Shown here piece after piece: positions 47,301-61,279 of a stretch of DNA of 64,000 nt. The notes below the pieces were generated by a model. It was not told where the DNA came from. It searched no databases and saw only the letters and a list, made by a program, of their open reading frames with translations. This DNA is from Mustelus asterias. Lineage: Eukaryota. A program made the translations under genes and the position numbers. The stretch's first letter is position 1, and every line of letters starts with the position of its first letter. The stretch lies in assembly GCF_964213995.1 (NCBI RefSeq), contig NC_135810.1, positions 3,720,001-3,784,000 on the forward strand, written 5' to 3'.

Positions 47301-47864
47301 AAAAAATGAGGCTGGGGATTGATCTCGAAGCTCGCCAGACTGGTTCAATTCGACTTGTTACAGATTTTTAATTCTGACCAGGCAAATATCAAACACCAAT
47401 ATTCTGTCCGCAGCTACCTTCCCCAAGTGCCTCGGAATATCGGCGTGTGAGTGGGGAATAGAAATATTCAAATGTAACAGTGTAAGAAGTTTGACTACAA
47501 GTTGTCTTAAAACTTCTGGCCAAGGAAGCTTGCCAGAAGCCTCAGCAGCAATTTTCCCTTTTCCAAGTTAAATGTTAAAACATGTTGGCGGAGTTTAAAG
47601 TTTCCCAATGCTTCAGAAGAAGAATGAGGAATTTGACTTTCGTTTTGCAACGGACTCACACAAGGAAATCTTAGAAAAGCGAAACACCTCTTCCCGGAGC
47701 GCGTTCATGTCAAACTAAAGAGTGAATTAAATACTTTGCTGTTAAAACTATGAGTTGCCTCCCAGACAAAAGTTGGTGGGTTTGAGAATCCCGCCAGCTG
47801 GTCACCACTGTAAGGCTTTCATTTTATGTTGCAAGTATACTTAAACAAGAACACTTGCATTTAG

Positions 47865-47940
47865 ATAGCGCCTTTCGTGCCCTCCGCCCATCCCAAAGCA
47901 CACTGCAGCCAATGGAAAACCACTGCTGGAATGTAGGAAT
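47865..47940 (-). mobile_element. Ancient DeuSINE-like tail fragment in the Zic5 intron
   Basis: acttgcatttagatagcgcctttc...catcccaaagcac..tgcagccaatg; reverse-similar to 1300-1355 and similar to 5070-5100. Confidence 0.45.
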
Positions 47941-48058
47941 TTACTTTTGAATACAAGACTCAAATGGTTACAATGAACCGCGGGCATTGTTTGAAAAACC
48001 TTATTATATAAAAGCACTCGACTGTGTTCCCTTACATTGTTTTCTTTACTATTTTCAG

Positions 48059-48492
48059 GAGAGAAACCTTTCAAATGCGAGTTTGATGGTTGTGACAGGA
48101 AATTTGCCAATAGCAGCGACAGAAAGAAACATTCTCACGTCCACACCAGCGACAAACCGTACAACTGTAAAGTGAGGGGCTGCGACAAATCTTACACTCA
48201 TCCCAGTTCCCTTCGCAAACACATGAAGGTGCATTGTAAATCTCCGCCGCCCCCCCTCAGCTCGGGATACGAGCTCTCAAACACGCCCTTGGGGATGGTG
48301 TCCCCGGCCTCGGAACCAGCCAGAGGCCGCACTGCCAGCGTCTCCTCGCAAGTCACCAACCTCAACGAGTGGTACGTCTGCCAGGGTAGCGGGGCTGCCA
48401 ACAGCCTGCACACCCCGTCAAGCAATGGCACCTCATCCGACACCGAGGATGAGGAGGCTTACAGGGACCCGGACCCCAGGACAATGCTCTGA
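48059..48492 (+). CDS. ZIC5: Zic5 exon 2 (ZF4-ZF5 and C-terminus)
   Basis: Acceptor ttttcag|GA; [24 protein letters not shown] (Zic4/5 type) and NLNEWYVCQ...[17 protein letters not shown] (Zic5 tail). Spliced product 481 aa. Confidence 0.95.
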
Positions 48493-49999
48493 CAGAGGAG
48501 AGTTGAAGAGGCGTTCATTTGGGCACCTTGAGAATGGTCCAGAGAAGGTCTGTAGCAATGGCGGCCATCAGATAGAACCAGCTAAGATGTGGCCCGTGGC
48601 CATCTTAAACCAACTAGCTTCATACCTCGAAGGAGAACAACTTAAGGGCTATGGACCTGACCCTGTATGCAGTTTTCTGGTCGATGCTCCGATTCTCTGT
48701 GGCAGCCAAGGTTGGGATCATTGAGGATAAAAGAAAGTCACGATTTGATTTGTTTTAAGACTTGTAAATATTGGTGTTATGAAATCAAAACGTGACTTAA
48801 AGGAACAAAACATATGGTCTGACCTACTTCGGCCCAGCAATAGTACATTTCTCTCGACCGGACAACATCTCCGCTTTCTGGAACTAGTAGACTACACACC
48901 GCCAGTTCCCCCCGCAGAGATGCAAGTGGGGGTTAGGACAGTGTTGAAGTGTTACAACTCGACGGTCTGAGGGAAGGGATATCCCACACTTCTGTGACAT
49001 GATGAAGGACAACAAAGATACCAGCTCCAGAGGAGGGGGGGAGGGGGGGGGGGCGAGATCGCCATATTTCTGTGTCCAGATGAAATGACTCAGTACTATC
49101 GGGTTCTTTTAATAACACACAAACATATTGGAGCTCATGTCCATCCGCCCCAAATGTTACACTGTTACCAAAAAGAGTTGAATTAGGATTTTCCTAAACC
49201 AGTTATATATCAGTAACGCTGAAAAGCGCAAGGACTCTATTTGACCCTGTGAAATCTGTACTGACAATACATCAACCTTTACTGGGAATCTGTAGAGCCC
49301 AACCTTTTGTGTGTTTTTCTATCCATTATGGTATCGACAAAAAAATTCATATTTTACTCATAATTATTCAGGCCTTCGTACAAACAGACTAAAGAGCACT
49401 AATATGTCCTTAGAGGCCAGAAGACGCAAAAATGACAGGTCTGTCCCTGTAGAGTTTGTATATAATTGTTGTGGGCTGCGAGTCGTTGATATAATCGTTA
49501 GCTACCTTAAGATTTTCGTCCGTAAATGCTCTTCAATTTGTAAACTATAATTTATTTGCTGATGTGTAATATCTTTCTGCAATAGTACAGATACACCAAA
49601 GAATTATATTATTACGTTTGGTGGCGTATCGTGTGGTGATGATGAATTTGTGGTCTGTCCGAACATTTATTTTCCGCTTACTTGAATGAAACGTGAAATG
49701 TGAAGATGAAGATATGTGATTGTTTTATTCTTCCTGGTGCTGCAGTGAATCGTTGTAACTCCAGTATTGGTGCATATGTTATTATTATCATGCATGTTGC
49801 AGTCATTTTTTATGAACAGACAAACCCCCCCCCCCCCGCCCCCCAGACATCTCTGATTGGAATCTGCAAACCCCCCACACAAAATGCAACGGAGAGATAG
49901 AGGTCCCTCTAAAACCATGAATGGTCCACCTGTACATCGGTTAGAATCGTGTTTCAGTGAAGGAGATTTAAACGCGTGACAATGTATTTTAAAATTGTG

Positions 50000-50005
50000 A
50001 ATAAA
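50000..50005 (+). terminator. Candidate Zic5 polyadenylation signal
   Basis: AATAAA ~1.5 kb after the stop, followed by a GU-rich element (ttgtgtgtt) ~35 nt downstream. Confidence 0.45.
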
Positions 50006-53000
50006 CAGATATTGTTTTCCCTCAGCGTTAATAACAGCATTGTGTGTTAAATGGACGGTAAATCCTAGTGTTGCGGATATGGAAATCCTTACCTCGATGG
50101 TGGGGAATCAACTCATTGGCTAATGGTCTGAAGCTTAGAGTTCTTGGTGTAACTTTTATTTCTACGCTGCATGACAACATTTGCCCCAGTGCAACTATTC
50201 ACCTGCTTATCGCAAACAGGATGTACAGAAGGACTACAGTAAACATTCGAGATGCTAGCTGGCTACAGTTGGCAAATGGGAGATGAAACAATTCCTAATA
50301 TTGTCTGTAATTAGCATTTCTGCATGGCGTCTAAAAAAGGCAATGCTTGCCCCTTGCAACCATTGGGTCCCAGGTAAGCAGCAAGGTATACCGGTGCCAT
50401 CCCTCGCTGTCTATTTCCCTTTCACAGACCCAGTCACTTGTACATGTGGATATTTCATTGTGGCTACGTTTATCCTATTGGCAGTCACACTGTAGCGTTA
50501 CGTTATACAAACACCGCATGAATCTCCAGTAGATAAAGAAAAACAATCCAGAAATAGTCCAGGGCAAGAGGAAATGGGGAAAGTCCATTTGTGTTCGTAC
50601 ATTCCCCGAAATTCCACCATTACACATTCCGTTTCCCCATCCATGCCTGCCTCACAACTGCGGAAGGTAGCCCGAGATTCCAGTTGGATCATTGTGACTT
50701 CAGATGTGATGTTGGTGGCGCATTCTCTTTCTAATTGGGATTGAAAAACAACTTGACCCATCAGTTAAAAAGGAACATCACTCAGAGTCGCCTTTTAAGG
50801 CAGAGAGATGTCTCATACTGTGCATCCAAAGGTTGAGATCTATAGAAGGTTGTACGAACTCGGGACACGCAACCTTTTCCAGTTTTAATGCATATTCTTC
50901 TGATACATCGCCGATAAAATGAAGCAACAGGAACTACATTCCTGTTGGCCAAAGTGTCAAAGAGCAGATGGAAATGTGGGCACAAGCACAGGCCCGGGAC
51001 GCCAGAAAGCAATCCGAAGAATGAGTGATATGCCTCCTAAATGAAATAGGTTGTTTCTGTGAGATTCACAATTAAAAGCATATGAAGCAGAAGAAGACTC
51101 ATGTAAATGAAGGCGCCAATCAATGGGGAAACCTATAGCTCTCTAATGAAGTTTCTGGTGAAAGGAAGGCTTGTACAAAAGCATCTAGACATGAATCATT
51201 CATGGCAGATATAAAAGATAAAAGATATCCGACAATAAGCAGATCGTTGTAAAGAATGTAAAAAAAAAACACGCTTCCCCTCTATACTTGCTGCATGAAA
51301 CTCCACAATCTCGCTCTCCTCCCTATAGAGTTAAAATGTGGCCAGTGCCTGTCCTGCGCCACTTCAAAGTCATTTACTCCAGAGCGGAAGACTTGGCGCT
51401 TGGACACTCTTCATGCTGCGTTAGGATTTCTATGGCAATTGGCAAACCCCATCTCCACATTTGAATATATTTACAATAAAGCTCACTTTAGCTTTAAGCA
51501 GCGCCTGATTTAAGCGGTGATAGTGTCCACCCTTCACCCACCCAGTCCCGCACCCACCCCAACATGGTGTCAGTGTTCACCTTGCACTGTTAGAAAAATA
51601 CTTTTTTTTTCTCTGGAGGGCTACCTCAACAAACTTGCCATTTGTTCATGTATCGAGTCTCTAACTCTCAGCTACAAGTAGTCAAAAGGGTGTCCATTCT
51701 ACACACACACTTATTAACCAGTGTATTGATGTAAACATGCCCTTTGTCAGAGATACGAATATGTCTAATAAATAGAGTGGATAACACCAAGCAAATAATT
51801 TCGCTCCATCTTTTCAACGAGTGAGCAAGTTCTTTTTTTCTTTAAGCAGGGTGTTGTGAGACTGGGCCAGGAACAGGGCTGAAGACAACATAGTATGTTG
51901 TCAAAACAAGAGATTGCTGCCTCTCCAATCCCGTAAAATATGTGTGCGTGGGTGCTTGGTTTGGTGAGCATTTGCAGTTTACACGTGGGCAGAATCAGAT
52001 GCCGAAATTGCAAACAAAACACACAAAAAAGTGGGCTCACGTTTTAAGAGATGAGTCGCAAGCTTCCTCCCCCCCTCCTGGGACAACCCATATCTGTAGT
52101 TGGTCGCTGATCAGTTTGGAGAAGCCAAACACAAGAGGTGCCGAGGAAGCGCAACCCAAGACAACAACAAAAAAAAGCAACAAAAAAGCGCAAGAGTCTA
52201 ATCAGGCAGGCGAAAGTTCAAAGGCAAACCGCTTTGAAATTCAAACTACTGCTTTTACGGTATATCAACATGGCGCGTTAAGATTGCTATGGCAATGAGT
52301 AAGCCCAGAGCAGGCTGCATTCAAAGCAGGTCTACCTCGATTCGCGACAGTCTATTAAGATACAGTTGCATTGACCTTTCGTTTCATGCTATGTTAGTTG
52401 AGTCAATTTCCACTGCATCAGAACCGTCCATATTTAGTTTTGCCCCTTTCTGAGCGACTCTCCCCCACCCCACCCCCTCTCCTTTACCTTACCTTACCTC
52501 TCCTCCCTCCCACCTCCTCTCCAAATATCAGCCAGCTACTTTACTTGCTTTTTTTTTGGATGGGTCTTGAAGTATTTACTCGGATCTTTTATCTCCCCCC
52601 CCCTCCTTTTTTTTGGGAGGCTTACCAACTATTGTCTGCAATATGTTATCGCTCTCTGTTTATCTAATACAAGTACTCTGTGAATGGTGAAAAATAAACA
52701 GGATGGAAAATAACTAAACAGATGATTCCTTCGAGTGAAAAACCCGGGGACTAAATAAAAGAGCGAAGCAGTCACCGATGAATGGAAAACCCTTTGAAGT
52801 GGAACTTATTATCTGAGGAATACTTTCCCGTCGTCCTAACGACACAGCTGAATTGAAAAGCGCTCCCTTTTGTCAGCGATTTGTTCTCCTTTACCAGAAA
52901 GCCCACTGGAATTACTTACATGAACTGCCTTAACATACAGACTGGAAATCAGTAACTTTGCAAGTCAGACTTTCAGACGCCACTCTGTTGAATCTGAGGG

Positions 53001-56000
53001 GAGGGTGTCGGTTGTTTCGGTGGGGGTTGGGGGGGGGGGGGTGGGGGGAGAGGGTGATGTGTGTGTTTTTGTGTGTGTGGAATAAACAGATAGTAAACAG
53101 ATCGTTTAAAGGGCTGATTTATATACCTGCGTTGTCTGTTGTGTGTGTTGGTTAGAATCTCGATTTCAACTCAACTTCATCTATGTTCTTAGAAAGCACC
53201 GCTTTAGACACCTGAATGACAGATATACTGGCCACATGTTCCCCGGCTCACACGCCGCCTCGCCACTAAATTATCAAACATAGCTGCCTGACGTTTTTTC
53301 TCTCCTCTTTCCCCAAACCATACCCTGTTTTCCCCAAATTTATTCATAACAGATGCACAAGATAAATAGGCAATTTCAGAATCAAGCGGCGAAGAGGAGA
53401 GTGTACTTGGAAAGTTGTAAATATCTTTTATACCTTCTCCCCCTGCAAGTAATGACTTGTTTCGAAATATTTGTATTTGATCTGAGATTCTATACTGTAA
53501 AATAATTAGATTTCACCATATTAACAAGGGTAATTGTGTGCACATACTGTGTACAACCCATTGTTAATATTTTTCCATATTTCCTTGCTTATTTCACTTT
53601 AATACAAATATATTACAATGACCAACTGTCTACAGCTGAACCTTTCTTTGTAGAAACGGAAATATCAAAAGGAACTCCATAAGCTGGAGTACAGATGTTA
53701 TATTTTGGAACTTAAATTACCTTTAGATAGTTTCTGAAGGTAGATTGTCTCTGACTAAAGTCTATATATATTATGTGTGTGTGTATTTATATATATATAT
53801 ATAATTACATTTAGCACATTTTGTACTCTCTCTTCAGAGGGGCTGTCTTTTAGTTTGGACACAGTGAAAAGTAATGTGCTTGCTGAGAACCAAGCACCAG
53901 TCACAGCGTTACAAACAGAGTGCATTAAATATTGAATGACATTAGGGAAAAAAAGAGCTTGTCAAGGGGCAGTCAGCCTGAAAGTCTTTCTTTGACTTTT
54001 TTCTGCGCTGCCCTGTCCGACTATTTAAGCTGGTGTTAATTAAGGCTGCTTACGATTCAGCTCCATCTCAGCTTTGTCTATGTTCCTCACCACACTTGTC
54101 AAACGACATCGTTAGTCCAAGCAGCTTCTTTTTTTCTGTTGTACATACATTTAGTTTAGTGAAAGTGCACTTCCTGTAGTACTGGAGATAGCTTTGTAAC
54201 CGCACCCTGCAAACAGGGATTCAGCAAGCTCAGAAACCTCCCCCTAAAAACATTGATTTACATGTTGAAAGATCAATGTATTCGCATTAGACCAAACGTG
54301 TCATTGGTGCATCTAACTGGAACTTTTGGCTTGGTTTACGGGCGATTTAGAATGACCACCATCAACACAGAGCATGCTCTTGAGAGCAACCTTTGGTTCA
54401 TTCTGAGAATCCATGTGATTAGCACATTGTTTGAGCTTTATACCAAACATTAGTTACATATTTACCAAGAGGACTAGGATCTATCCTCTCCAAAATCTGC
54501 TTCAGGCCAATCTGCCCAATTCGTTTACTGCGCCATAGCCTTTCAATCACATTGTACACTTCATGTTTAAATGCGGTAAAGAATAATGGTTAAGAATAAA
54601 ACCCCCCCAAAAGCAGTCCTCCTCACACTGGTTACAAAGAGCTGTCTCCGGGGAGCTGGAAGCTTCCTGCTAACTGCCACAGTCAGCATCAACAAATATC
54701 CATGGAACAGGTCGGAGAAATTACAGAAATGAAAATTGCCTCCAAATATCTGCTTATTCACTTTGATATTGAAAGTGAAGAGTGTTTTCGGCGACTCTGT
54801 CTCTAATTTGGGTGATGTGTATAGGTAGAAACTGACCCCCGCCTCTCAAAATCTTGTAAAGGAAATAATCCCCAGTCAGGGACGGTTCCTCCCCCCCGCC
54901 TACTTTCTGAAACTCCCAGGCCTCACTGATAGAAACCGAAATCAGAAACTTACTCCAGACTCAGGAAATTAAGGCTTCAGAGCCTTAGCAGTTTCAACCG
55001 TTTGGGCTAATTTACACACCATTCGCCAATATTTCCCACTCAAGGTTGAAAGGGTGGGGAATTTGACAGAGGTGAATATTTTGTCGGAGCGAGTTGGGAA
55101 AATTGAACACTTTTTTTTGGCACGTCTTCAAAAATCTTACCTGCAAGAGGATTGAATGGGGTGGACGGTGTGGGGAGCGGGGCGGGCGGGGCGGGGGGGG
55201 GGGGGGGGGTAGGGGGTGGAAACAATGCTTAGTCCTAGAATACTAGGAGTGCTTCTGAAAGGTGAAAGGGTCCACGTGGTTCAGTAACTGGGTTGGGTTT
55301 AACAAGGACACTAAATTATTCTGCAATCCATCCCAAGCAACAAAGGCATCGCCAGCATAGCACACCCTCTCTCTGTCACAAGGTGACTGAGACAGAATCA
55401 CGATGCAGTCCCTTAGAAATATGGGGGATGAGGTTGTCAGTACTCTGAGAGACTCCTTCACTTCTACCTAAACATGTTTAGCAACATGTAGGATTGGTGC
55501 ATGGATTTCACTTCGGGGGAGTATCTGTCAAATGTTACTGCAGTTTGTTTTGAAGACAAAATAGATCAGGTTGTGTGAACGGGGATTGAGAAGAGAGGGA
55601 AGTTGCGCTTTAGCATGGAATGTGAGTCTGGAGTAAAGGAGATACTTTTGCACAAGAATCCAGCTAGCTTCGTTACACACCCAGGGACTGGCTGGACCAG
55701 TCCCCTTGATGTCTGAACAAAAGGAAAGGCTCGTAAAACAATCCTAATGGAAAGCGACAGACAGGTCGGATGTCCCCTAAACTAGCCATCAATAAAGGCG
55801 CGAGCAGGCACTGCCCAACTTGGAGGGACCCGCTTTCAGCCCAAGTACATCCTGGTCAGCTCACAACTTAACAACAGGTTTCTAAATCACCTTTAGCAAG
55901 GTAGTTAGTCAGCCCTTTGTGACTTGAGAAAAAAAATCCACATTATCATTAACTCGGGAAACTTTTGCCAAAACTTTCCAACTTCGATTAGCCTAAAACC

Positions 56001-58139
56001 CCGCGTTTGTTTTACAGTAGGTAGGATTTGGGGAGGTTTTTTTTCCCCCCCGTTGCTGCCGTCTCAAACATGGTCCACGGCCCCATTCTCCTTGCTGACT
56101 CAAGTGTGAGATTTCAGAGTGGAAATACTTCTTGTTAATGGACACACATTCACAAGTTTAGGCATTGTGCCAAAATCTACCAAGCACCCTACCTGGCCGC
56201 ACTGCTTACATCTCTTGAATAGGTGGAGAGAGGGGGAGAGAGAGAGGGAGAGAGAAAAAAAAACTGGCATCGTGTTGTTCTGGGAAACAGATAAAGCCGT
56301 GCTCAGGAGCCAAGGTTTAATTTGAATGGTCAAGATTCCTCTCTCTCGGAAGTTGCAGAGTTTGGGGACTCTGGCAGATTGTAAGTACATTGCCTCTCCA
56401 GGTCTTTTGCTAAGCCGGCGAGAAGGAGGCCGGTTTGCGTGCGAAATGCTGGTTCAGGGTCTTTTGTCACAGATGGTGGAATTGTTGAAAGTGCATTCTA
56501 AGCTTTTCTTGAAGAAATTTTCTATGCTGGGGAGGGTAGCGGAGGGGGAGGGGGGGAAAAACAAGGGGCTGGTGTCCTGTTGAATTAGGACCGCTTGAAT
56601 TGCGGTAAATTTGGGGAGCGATTGATTCCCTCCCAGAAGTCAGGTTCGGGCAGCTGTGACTTCACCTATTAGCCCCGATGTCTTTTGGAAGAGATTGTTG
56701 GAGTTAAGCATCCGACAATGTGCGCTCTGGGGCGTCTCTCTCCTGACCTTTACCCGTTTTTAATAGTTTCATAGGAACTTCATTAAATCAATTACTTAGT
56801 GAGCACATCATCATTTATTTGTAATTAGCACTGAAGAGCTTGATTTTTTTTAGATTGCCCAGCGGGATTGATTGGGTACCACAAGCAGGTTTGTTTTCCC
56901 CTGGACTCGTGGTGTTATCTGAGCGAAACAATAAAAGTGTAAACTCACGTCTTAATGTAACATCAAGTCGGGACAAAACAAACCAACTGAAAGCGACAAT
57001 ATTTGTCTTCATTTAGAAGTTCTTTGTTGCCTGTGACTCATTGAGCGTGTTCGTGTGTGGCTTTTCTTGTACAATACAGTAAGTATGTCTACTTCGCTGT
57101 ACACTACCCCATTACTTCTGTACCCGACACGGACAGGTGAAGGAAAGTGAGAGACAGTGCAGGACTGATCTTGTGTGTGTTTCAGAAAGCAAGGGAAGCA
57201 GGAGGTAGTGAACGCATGAGGTCGCAGCTAGGGCGAGAGGCAGAGTGAGGGGTGGTGTGTGGGGTAAGTGTGTGAGGGGGTTTGTGCTTGGGGAGGTGTT
57301 AGGGGAAACAGATAATGTCGAGTTATTGCCGAATGAGAGAGGAGAGAATCAGCTCGAGAGCTGGCGAGGTAAAGTTTCAGAGTGTACCAAAAATAGGCGT
57401 GAAGCCGGCTCAATTTTAAACCGACACGCCGACTGAGAAAGGGATGAAATGGGTTGTAATACCAGGTTTACATTGAAAAAATCATCACTGCCCCCCGCCA
57501 CTGGGGTCCAGAGACTCAATGATAAAGATTCTCTGTGAATTTATTCTCAGCGAGTGAAACTGTACAATTCAACAACATCCCAGTCCGGGCTGAGTTAGTT
57601 GATGTCGGATGAGGGTCTTGGAGGGGGCTGCTAGCATCGATCTTAGACTTCGCAATGGCGGAGAAGAACCTCCCCAAGGCTTCCCAAGCCTTACTACGAT
57701 TAGTTAACTGGAAGTGCCTCTCAGCCTCAGCTGTGATGCCACTCGTTGAGGAATAGGCTGCTATGGACTCCTTGCCTAGGACTCTGGTCCCCGGTACAAA
57801 CTGCACGCCCAACAAAAGGGTCTTGCCCTCAGTGGACAGGAGGAAACTGTCAAAAAAAATAGTAGCAGCAACGAGAGAGCGAGGGATGAATAACCGCGAA
57901 GGCAAGAAACTACAAGGAAATGACAGAGAAGCAAGCAGAGACATTGGGTGAATGAATTATTTAACGTGGCGCAGAGACCAAAGCGACCAGGAAACCCTCA
58001 AATCCCAAGCTCAGAATTAGAAAAATTGGATAGAGAGTAACTGGTTTCATTGTAGGTCAAAGAAAGTGAATAATCCTTCAAAGGCGTCCAGTACTGAACA
58101 ATATTCAGGTCTGCAGCTCATGAGGATAAAACAGGTTTG

Positions 58140-60380
58140 AATCATAAGAAACAGAGAAAGCTACATGATCCCTCAAACCTATTCCAACATTCAATAAGAT
58201 CCAGGCTGAATATCAAATCAACTCCACTTTCTTACCCTTTCCTCATATTTTAGAATCTCTCTCTCTCTCTCTAGAGTATATTCATCTATCAATCTCTATC
58301 TGGAGTACATTCATCTATCAATTTCTGTCCAGACTATATTCATCGATCAATCTCTATCTAGAGTATATTCATCTATCGATTTCTGTCTAGAGCATATTCA
58401 TCTATAGATAGATATATCTCTATCTAGAGTATATTAATCTATCAATCTCTACCTAGGGTATATCCATTTATTAATCTCTATCTAGAGTATATTCATCTAT
58501 CAATCTCTATCTAGAGTATATTCATCTATCGATTTCTCCCTAGAATATATTCATCTGTCAATCTCTATCTAGAGTATATTTATCTATCAATCTCTATCTA
58601 GAGTATATTAATCTACCAATCTCTATCTAGAGTATATTCATCTATCGATGTCTGTCTAGAGTGTATTCACCTATCAATCTCTATCCAGAGTATATTCATC
58701 TACCAATCTCTATCTAGTTTATTCATCTATCAATCTCTATCTAGAGTATATTCATCTATCGATTTCTCCCTAGAATATATTCATCTGTCAATCTCTATCT
58801 AGAGTATATTTATCTATCAATCTCTATCTAGAGTATATTAATCTACCAATCTCTATCTAGAGTATATTCATCTATCGATGTCTGTCTAGAGTGTATTCAC
58901 CTATCAATCTCTATCCAGAGTATATTCATCTACCAATCTCTATCTAGTTTATTCATCTACCAATCTCTATCTAGAGTATATTCACCTATCCATCTCTATC
59001 TAGAGTATACTCATCTATCAATCTCTATCTAGAGTATATTCATTTATCAAACTCTATCTAGAGTATATTCATCTAGCGATTTCTGTCTAGAGTATATTCA
59101 TCTATCAATCTCTATCGAGAGCATATTCATCTATCAAACTCTATCTAGAGTATATTCATCCATCAATCTCTATCTAGAGTATATTCATCTACCAACCTCT
59201 ATCGAGAGTATATTCATCTATCAATTTCTGTCTCGAGTATATTCATCTACCAATCTCTATCCAGAGTATATTCATCCATCAATCTCTATCTAGAGTATAT
59301 TCATCTATCAATCTCTATCTAGAGTATATTCATCTATCAATCTCCATCTAGAGTGTATTCATCTATCGATTTCTGCCTAGAATATATTCATCTATCAATC
59401 TCTATCTGGAGTATATATATCTCAATCTCTATCTAGAGTATATTCATCTATCAATCTCTATCTAGAGGATATTTATCTGTCAATCTCTATCTAGAGTATA
59501 TTCATAGATCGATTTCTGTCTAGAGTATATTCATCTATCAATCTCTATCTAGAGTATATTCATCTATTAATTTCTATCTAGAGTATATTCATCCATTAAT
59601 CTCTATCTAGAGTATATTCATCTGTCAATCTCTATCTAGAGTATATTCACCTATCAATCGCTATCTAGAGTATATTCATCTATCAATCTCTATCTAGAGT
59701 ATATTCATCTATCAATCTCTATCTAGAGTATATTCATCTATCAATCTCTATCTAGAGTATATTCATCTATCAATCTCTATCTAGAGTATATTCATCTATC
59801 AATCTCTATCTAGAGTATATTCATCTATCAATCTCTATCTAGAGTATATTCATCTATCAATCTCTATCTAGAGTATATTCATCTATCAATCTCTATCTAG
59901 AGTATATTCATCTATCAATCTCTATCTAGAGTATATTCATCTATCAATCTCTATCTAGGGTATATTCATCTATTAATTTCTATCTAGAGTATATTCATCC
60001 ATTAATCTCTATCTAGAGTATATTCATCTGTCAATCTCTATCTAGAGTATATTCACCTATCAATCGCTATCTAGAGTATATTCATCTATCAATCTCTATC
60101 TAGAGTATATTCATCTATCAATCTCTATCTAGAGTATATTCATCTATCAATCTCTATCTAGAGTATATTCATCTATCAATCTCTATCTAGAGTATATTCA
60201 TCTATCAATCTCTATCTAGAGTATATTCATCTATCAATCTCTATCTAGAGTATATTCATCTATCAATCTCTATCTAGGGTATATTCAATCACTGAATACA
60301 TGCAGCTCTCTGGGGTGGAGAATGCCAAAGATTTGCAACCCTCTGAGCACAGAAGATCCTCCTAATCCCAGTCCTAAATT
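58140..60380 (-). mobile_element. CR1 3' fragment hosting an expanded minisatellite
   Basis: cataagaa tail and ccaacattcaataagatccaggctga on the left; ctctggggtggagaatgccaaagatt..caaccctctgag on the right. Confidence 0.6.
58265..60287. repeat. 29-bp minisatellite, about 70 copies
   Basis: Unit tctatcaatctctatctagagtatattca; long perfect runs at 59660-59955 and 60070-60275. Confidence 0.98.
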
Positions 60381-60628
60381 GCTGGGATGCAGCTGAACAT
60401 GGCTCCTGTCGATTCCTCCACCTGTCAAAACTCTGACTGGGGACATGGGCTGGGTGGAGGTGCACATTCACCTCTTATATTTGCCCTTTTCCATCCTGTA
60501 GCAGAACTGGTATGTGGTGGGGGGGGGGGGGGGGCGGTACACATCCCCTCAAACTAGATAGATACTCCACCAGTTCCACCTCTTTCTGCACTCTAGCTGG
60601 TGTGCCTATATAGTGTGGACACACCTGT

Positions 60629-60987
60629 CGGCAGCATGGTGGCACAGCAGTTAGCAATGCTGCCTCACAGTGCCAGGGACCCGGGTTCAATTCTGGCCTC
60701 GGGTGACTGTCTGTGTGGTGCTTGCACATTCTCCCCATGTCTGCTTGGGTATCCTTCGGGTGCTCCAGTTTCCTCCCATGGTCCAAAGATGTGCAGGGTA
60801 GGTGGATTGGCCATGTTGAATTGCCCCTTAGTGTCCCAAGATGCATAGATTAGGGGGATTAGTGGGGTAAATGCATGGAGTTATGCGAATAGGGCAGTGG
60901 ATTGCCTGGATAAGATGTTCTGTCGGAGAGTCGGTGCAGACTTGATGGGCCAAATGGCCTCCTTCTGCACTGAGGTGATTCTATGAA
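60629..60987 (+). mobile_element. HE1-type V-SINE, full length
   Basis: Same long-tail subtype as 14635-14988. Confidence 0.9.
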
Positions 60988-61279
60988 ATGGGGAAATGGG
61001 GGTTGAATGATGGCTTCCCAATGGCAACACTTTTTTTTCTTCAAAATGAAAATATCACCTTCCCACTAGACCCCCTTCCCTGTCCCAGATGGAGGCCTTA
61101 TTGGTCTGGAGTACGGGGATTGGGTACTTGCCTCCTTAACATAAATATCCCCAACCTAGAATCAATGGCACAAGCCAGACTGCTGACAGGAAGTCCATGC
61201 TAATCACCTATCTGTGTCACCAAATGTCCACAATGTCATGGTACAATTCTTTTTGCTGTGATGCTCTTAAATGGTAACT

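Noticed and set aside
57570-57860. Very old SINE-like remnant (similar traces at 16830-17130 and 21300-21420)
   Set aside because: Too diverged to assign or delimit reliably by eye.
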